A stretch of DNA of 64,000 bases from Escherichia coli (lineage in GTDB: Bacteria; Pseudomonadota; Gammaproteobacteria; Enterobacterales; Enterobacteriaceae). The notes below the pieces were generated by a model that was given only the letters and a program-made list of their open reading frames with translations, was not told the origin of the DNA and made no database searches. The stretch lies in NCBI RefSeq assembly GCF_048403405.1, contig NZ_CP183129.1; one strand, written 5' to 3'. The first letter of the stretch is position 1. Every line of letters starts with the position of its first letter. Shown piece by piece: positions 60,026-64,000 of this stretch. The position numbers and the translations under genes were made by a program.

Positions 60026-61546
60026 ATGTCACTGTCAATTGTTCATACCCGCGCAGCCCTGGGAGTAAATGCGCCCCCAATCACTGTTGAGGTACATATC
60101 AGTAAAGGTCTACCCGGCTTAACGATGGTGGGCTTACCAGAAACAACGGTAAAAGAAGCCCGCGATCGCGTGCGCAGCGCCATTATCAATAGCGGATATG
60201 AATATCCGGCGAAAAAAATCACCATCAATCTGGCTCCAGCCGATCTGCCAAAAGAAGGGGGACGATATGATTTACCTATCGCCATTGCGTTGCTGGCGGC
60301 CTCAGAACAGCTTACAGCCAATAAATTAGATGAATATGAATTAGTCGGAGAACTAGCGCTTACAGGCGCTCTGCGTGGCGTTCCCGGCGCAATCTCCAGT
60401 GCAACTGAAGCTATTAAGTCGGGCAGAAAAATTATCGTCGCGAAAGATAACGAAGATGAAGTGGGGCTAATTAACGGTGAAGGATGCCTGATAGCCGATC
60501 ATCTGCAGGCTGTCTGTGCGTTTCTGGAGGGTAAGCACGCTCTCGAACGCCCGAAACCAACTGATGCAGTATCCCGGGCGCTACAACATGATCTCAGTGA
60601 TGTTGTCGGTCAGGAGCAAGGAAAGCGAGGACTGGAAATTACCGCCGCTGGCGGGCACAACCTTTTACTGATTGGGCCGCCGGGAACAGGTAAAACAATG
60701 CTCGCCAGCCGTATTAATGGCCTTTTGCCAGATTTAAGCAATGAAGAGGCACTGGAGAGCGCTGCGATATTAAGTCTGGTAAATGCTGAATCAGTACAAA
60801 AACAATGGCGGCAGCGCCCATTCCGCTCACCGCATCACAGTGCGTCGTTAACTGCGATGGTGGGCGGTGGTGCAATTCCAGGGCCAGGTGAAATTTCGCT
60901 GGCGCATAACGGCGTGCTTTTTCTTGATGAGCTACCTGAATTTGAACGGCGTACACTGGATGCCTTGCGAGAGCCGATTGAATCCGGGCAGATCCATCTT
61001 TCACGCACACGAGCAAAAATAACCTATCCAGCCCGTTTCCAGCTTGTTGCGGCGATGAATCCCAGCCCTACCGGACATTATCAGGGAAACCATAACCGCT
61101 GCACGCCAGAACAGACATTACGTTATCTCAACCGGCTCTCGGGGCCCTTTCTCGACCGCTTCGATCTCTCACTGGAGATCCCATTACCGCCCCCCGGCAT
61201 TTTGAGTAAAACGGTAGTGCCGGGAGAAAACAGCACCACCGTTAAACAACGTGTAATGGCCGCCAGAGAGCGCCAATTTAAGCGGCAGAATAAACTGAAC
61301 GCCTGGCTGGATAATCCGGAAATACGCCAATTCTGCAAGCTTGAGAGCGAAGATGCGCAGTGGCTGGAAGAAACGCTGATCCATCTGGGGTTATCGATTC
61401 GTGCCTGGCAGCGGTTATTGAAAGTTGCACGAACAATTGCTGATATTGATCAGTCTGACATTATCACACGTCAGCATTTGCAGGAGGCAGTTAGCTATCG
61501 TGCGATTGACCGTTTGCTCATCCATCTGCAAAAACTACTGACATAA
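60026..61546 (+). CDS. comM: Mg-chelatase-like AAA+ ATPase ComM (YifB)
   Basis: ORF 59996..61546; start at MSLSIVHTRAALGVNAPPI (506 aa); Walker A GPPGTGKT. Confidence 0.92.
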   Translation: MSLSIVHTRAALGVNAPPITVEVHISKGLPGLTMVGLPETTVKEARDRVRSAIINSGYEYPAKKITINLAPADLPKEGGRYDLPIAIALLAASEQLTANKLDEYELVGELALTGALRGVPGAISSATEAIKSGRKIIVAKDNEDEVGLINGEGCLIADHLQAVCAFLEGKHALERPKPTDAVSRALQHDLSDVVGQEQGKRGLEITAAGGHNLLLIGPPGTGKTMLASRINGLLPDLSNEEALESAAILSLVNAESVQKQWRQRPFRSPHHSASLTAMVGGGAIPGPGEISLAHNGVLFLDELPEFERRTLDALREPIESGQIHLSRTRAKITYPARFQLVAAMNPSPTGHYQGNHNRCTPEQTLRYLNRLSGPFLDRFDLSLEIPLPPPGILSKTVVPGENSTTVKQRVMAARERQFKRQNKLNAWLDNPEIRQFCKLESEDAQWLEETLIHLGLSIRAWQRLLKVARTIADIDQSDIITRQHLQEAVSYRAIDRLLIHLQKLLT

Positions 61547-61570
61547 AAAAAGGGCATTTCGCCCTTTTTA

Positions 61571-61909
61571 TTAATCGTCAGAATCGGTGTAGTCTTCAGC
61601 ACCTTCAACCTGCGGTTTACCGCCGGAAAGGGTGTGAAAACGTTTTGGACGCTTGATACGCGTCATATACTTGGACCACACGCGTTCTGCTTCTGTCACT
61701 GGCTCACGTTCGCCACGGCATACTGCTACGAAGAGTTTCTCTTCCTCGGTAACCGGCTCGCGTTTGCCAAGATCCAACTCATTGAAGGCATAACCATGAC
61801 GCTCAAGCAGTTGTGCCTCTTTGATGGTGAAGTCACCATGACGAGAGAATCCACGTGGATAATGTTTATTGTCGAAATATCGATTAGTCGTCGTAAAGCT
61901 TTCCGCCAT
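61571..61909 (-). CDS. maoP: Macrodomain Ori protein MaoP (YifE)
   Basis: 112-aa ORF; matches YifE as recalled ([27 protein letters not shown]...). Confidence 0.9.
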   Translation of the reverse strand: MAESFTTTNRYFDNKHYPRGFSRHGDFTIKEAQLLERHGYAFNELDLGKREPVTEEEKLFVAVCRGEREPVTEAERVWSKYMTRIKRPKRFHTLSGGKPQVEGAEDYTDSDD

Positions 61910-62027
61910 CCTGCACGCTCCTAATTCTTTGACCGAGCTAGTTATGGCGCGGAGTATTAGTTACGCTTGACAGAGTGTAAAACAAAACATTTAAATCATA
62001 ACGACAAATAATTTTGCGGAGAGCACT

Positions 62028-62867
62028 GTGGATACGGAATTGTTAAAAACTTTCCTGGAAGTTAGCCGAACGCGTCACTTTGGTCGAGCGGCTGAATCGC
62101 TCTATCTGACCCAATCAGCCGTGAGCTTTCGAATCAGACAACTGGAAAATCAACTGGGTGTGAATCTTTTCACCCGCCACAGAAACAATATCCGTTTAAC
62201 CGCTGCCGGTGAAAAACTACTGCCTTATGCAGAAACGCTCATGAGCACCTGGCAGGCCGCCCGTAAGGAGGTGGCGCATACCTCACGACATAACGAGTTT
62301 TCTATCGGTGCCAGCGCCTCATTGTGGGAATGTATGCTTAATCAGTGGCTGGGACGTTTGTATAAAAATCAGGATGCCCATACAGGCTTACAGTTCGAAG
62401 CGCGAATTGCCCAACGGCAGTCTCTGGTAAAACAGCTGCATGAACGCCAGCTTGATCTTCTTATTACTACTGAAGCGCCCAAAATGGACGAATTTAGCAG
62501 TCAGTTGCTCGGGTATTTCACTTTAGCGCTTTATACCAGTGCCCCTTCCAAACTAAAGGGAGATCTTAACTATCTGCGACTGGAATGGGGGCCAGATTTT
62601 CAACAGCATGAGGCAGGTTTGATCGGTGCTGACGAAGTTCCCATTCTGACAACCAGTTCTGCTGAACTGGCACAGCAACAGATTGCGACGCTTAATGGTT
62701 GCACCTGGCTACCCGTCAGTTGGGCGCGTAAAAAGGGCGGCCTGCATACCGTTGTCGATAGCACAACACTTTCACGGCCGCTTTATGCCATATGGCTGCA
62801 AAATAGCGATAAAAATGCGTTGATTCGCGATCTATTGAAAATTAACGTGCTGGATGAAGTGTATTAA
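62028..62867 (+). CDS. hdfR: LysR-family transcriptional regulator HdfR
   Basis: 279-aa ORF with N-terminal wHTH ([40 protein letters not shown]). Confidence 0.92.
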   Translation: MDTELLKTFLEVSRTRHFGRAAESLYLTQSAVSFRIRQLENQLGVNLFTRHRNNIRLTAAGEKLLPYAETLMSTWQAARKEVAHTSRHNEFSIGASASLWECMLNQWLGRLYKNQDAHTGLQFEARIAQRQSLVKQLHERQLDLLITTEAPKMDEFSSQLLGYFTLALYTSAPSKLKGDLNYLRLEWGPDFQQHEAGLIGADEVPILTTSSAELAQQQIATLNGCTWLPVSWARKKGGLHTVVDSTTLSRPLYAIWLQNSDKNALIRDLLKINVLDEVY

Positions 62868-62925
62868 TCTGAATGGCTGGCAAGGATGCCGGTAGAAGGA
62901 TTTACTTCGGAGAGGTTATTTCAGA

Positions 62926-62951
62926 TAAATAAATATCCTCCGGCATAGCCG
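62926..62951 (+). terminator. Probable hdfR intrinsic terminator
   Basis: CCTCCGGCATAGCCGGAGG followed by TTTTT. Confidence 0.55.
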
Positions 62952-63636
62952 GAGGTTTTTCAAATGCGCCTATAAGGCTCTCTTACCAGCCGCGCCCTAA
63001 CAGGCGCACACGATCTGACATTTGCATCCAACTTCGTTACTTACGGCCCGTAAACGGGCTGCCCGGATAGGGAATCGATAACTGCTCTCCCATTTTATCC
63101 TCTTCAAGCTGGTGCTTTATGTAATCCTGTATCTTCGCCGTGTTCTTACCCACCGTATCGACGTAGTACCCTCTGCACCAGAACTCCCTGTTCCTGTATT
63201 TGAATTTCAAATCACCAAACTGCTCGTAAAGCATCAGACTGCTTTTCCCTTTCAGATATCCCATAAAGCCGGATACGCTCATTTTGGGCGGGATCTCCAC
63301 AAGCATATGGATATGATCTGCACAGCATTCAGCTTCCAGAATCCGTACACTTTTCCACTCACACAGCTTTCTCAAAATACTGCCTATTGCTCTACGCTTC
63401 TCTCTGTAGAACACCTGTCTTCGGTATTTTGGCGCAAAAACTATGTGATATTTACAGTTCCATCGGGTGTGCGCTAAGCTCTTTTCGTTCCCCATTGGGA
63501 CCCCCTTTTGATTTCTTGTTTGACACTTGCAGTTGCCAGACCGCAAGGTGTTTTAACAAATCAAAAGGGGTTTTAATAACTGGCTTAAAGCTGAAAGCTT
63601 TCCGGAACCCCCAGCCTAGCTGGGGGTTTTCTGTGC
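62952..63636 (-). mobile_element. IS200 insertion sequence (IS200/IS605 family); boundaries approximate to about 30 bp
   Basis: Contains Y1/HuH transposase gene; upstream (minus strand) shows the characteristic IS200 left-end structures: terminator-like hairpin AACCCCCAGCCTAGCTGGGGGTT (63607-63629) and an RBS-sequestering stem (CCCCTTTTGA / TCAAAAGGGG) ahead of the tnpA start. Confidence 0.8.
63037..63495 (-). CDS. tnpA: IS200 transposase TnpA (HuH Y1 single-strand transposase)
   Basis: ORF 63037..63546; start at MGNEKSLAHTRWNCKYHIVFAPKYRR (152 aa); HuH motif HIHMLV; near-identical to Salmonella IS200 TnpA as recalled. Confidence 0.92.
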   Translation of the reverse strand: MGNEKSLAHTRWNCKYHIVFAPKYRRQVFYREKRRAIGSILRKLCEWKSVRILEAECCADHIHMLVEIPPKMSVSGFMGYLKGKSSLMLYEQFGDLKFKYRNREFWCRGYYVDTVGKNTAKIQDYIKHQLEEDKMGEQLSIPYPGSPFTGRK

Positions 63637-63637
63637 A

Positions 63638-63666
63638 CAAAAAAATCCTTAGCTTTCGCTAAGGAT
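63638..63666 (-). terminator. rrnC operon intrinsic terminator
   Basis: Minus strand after trpT: CCTTAGCGAAAGCTAAGG hairpin followed by TTTTTTT. Confidence 0.75.
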
Positions 63667-63672
63667 GATTTC

Positions 63673-63748
63673 TGGCAGGGGCGGAGAGACTCGAACTCCC
63701 AACACCCGGTTTTGGAGACCGGTGCTCTACCAATTGAACTACGCCCCT
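63673..63748 (-). tRNA. trpT: tRNA-Trp
   Basis: Revcomp matches AGGGGCGTAGTTCAATTGGTAGAGCACCGGTCTCCAAAACCGGGTGTTGGGAGTTCGAGTCTCTCCGCCCCTGCCA. Confidence 0.95.
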
Positions 63749-63756
63749 AATTAGGG

Positions 63757-63833
63757 TGGCGGAACGGACGGGACTCGAACCCGCGACCCCCTGCGTGACA
63801 GGCAGGTATTCTAACCGACTGAACTACCGCTCC
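63757..63833 (-). tRNA. aspT: tRNA-Asp
   Basis: Revcomp matches GGAGCGGTAGTTCAGTCGGTTAGAATACCTGCCTGTCACGCAGGGGGTCGCGGGTTCGAGTCCCGTCCGTTCCGCCA. Confidence 0.95.
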
Positions 63834-63885
63834 ACCGAATTCTTTTACAACCACCGGTTTTATGACCGGCTTACTGCTAAATTTG

Positions 63886-64000
63886 ATGCCTGGCAGTTCC
63901 CTACTCTCGCATGGGGAGACCCCACACTACCATCGGCGCTACGGCGTTTCACTTCTGAGTTCGGCATGGGGTCAGGTGGGACCACCGCGCTAAGGCCGCC
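63886..64000 (-). rRNA. rrfC: 5S ribosomal RNA, 3' portion (5' end beyond window edge)
   Basis: Revcomp matches E. coli 5S rRNA from its 3' end (ATGCCTGGCAGTTCCCTACTCTCGCATGGGGAGACCCCACACTACCATCGGCGCTACGGCG...). Confidence 0.93.

Noticed and set aside
62926-62951. Hairpin CCTCCGGCATAGCCGGAGG as the right terminal structure of IS200
   Set aside because: It is followed by a T-run in the hdfR direction and sits the expected distance past the hdfR stop, so hdfR terminator is the simpler reading. I cannot exclude that the IS200 end lies inside or beyond it, so the element boundaries are given as approximate.

Overview
This window is an Escherichia coli-type chromosomal segment (rhtB to the 3' end of rrnC), in reverse orientation relative to K-12 MG1655. 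Gene identities were assigned by recognising the translated ORFs against K-12 proteins from memory; no database search was run. It is mostly core genome: rhtB(partial)-rhtC-recQ-pldA-yigI-rarD, corA, yigE, uvrD-yigB-xerC-yigA-dapF-yifL, cyaY, cyaA, hemCDXY, aslA/aslB, the proM-leuT-hisR-argX tRNA operon, yifK, the complete wec (enterobacterial common antigen) cluster, rho/rhoL, trxA, rhlB, gppA, rep, ppiC, the ilv regulon (ilvLGMEDA, ilvY, ilvC), comM, yifE, hdfR, then trpT-aspT-rrfC. Start codons were corrected from the longest-ORF track where the known N-terminus is internal (e.g. uvrD, rho, trxA, ilvC, ilvE, wecB GTG, cyaA TTG). Features that look accessory or strain-specific are: (1) a strongly AT-rich two-gene islet between rarD and corA where I recall K-12 has yigF/yigG, encoding two unrecognisable proteins with overlapping stop/start, which is my best candidate for an undescribed system; (2) an intact MazF/PemK-like gene (yifN-like) between rep and ppiC with no adjacent antitoxin; (3) an IS200 copy between hdfR and the rrnC terminator; (4) a signal-peptide-bearing SAM hydroxide adenosyltransferase (DUF62)-like gene next to yigE; (5) an intact ilvG. 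No CRISPR array or prophage was seen.
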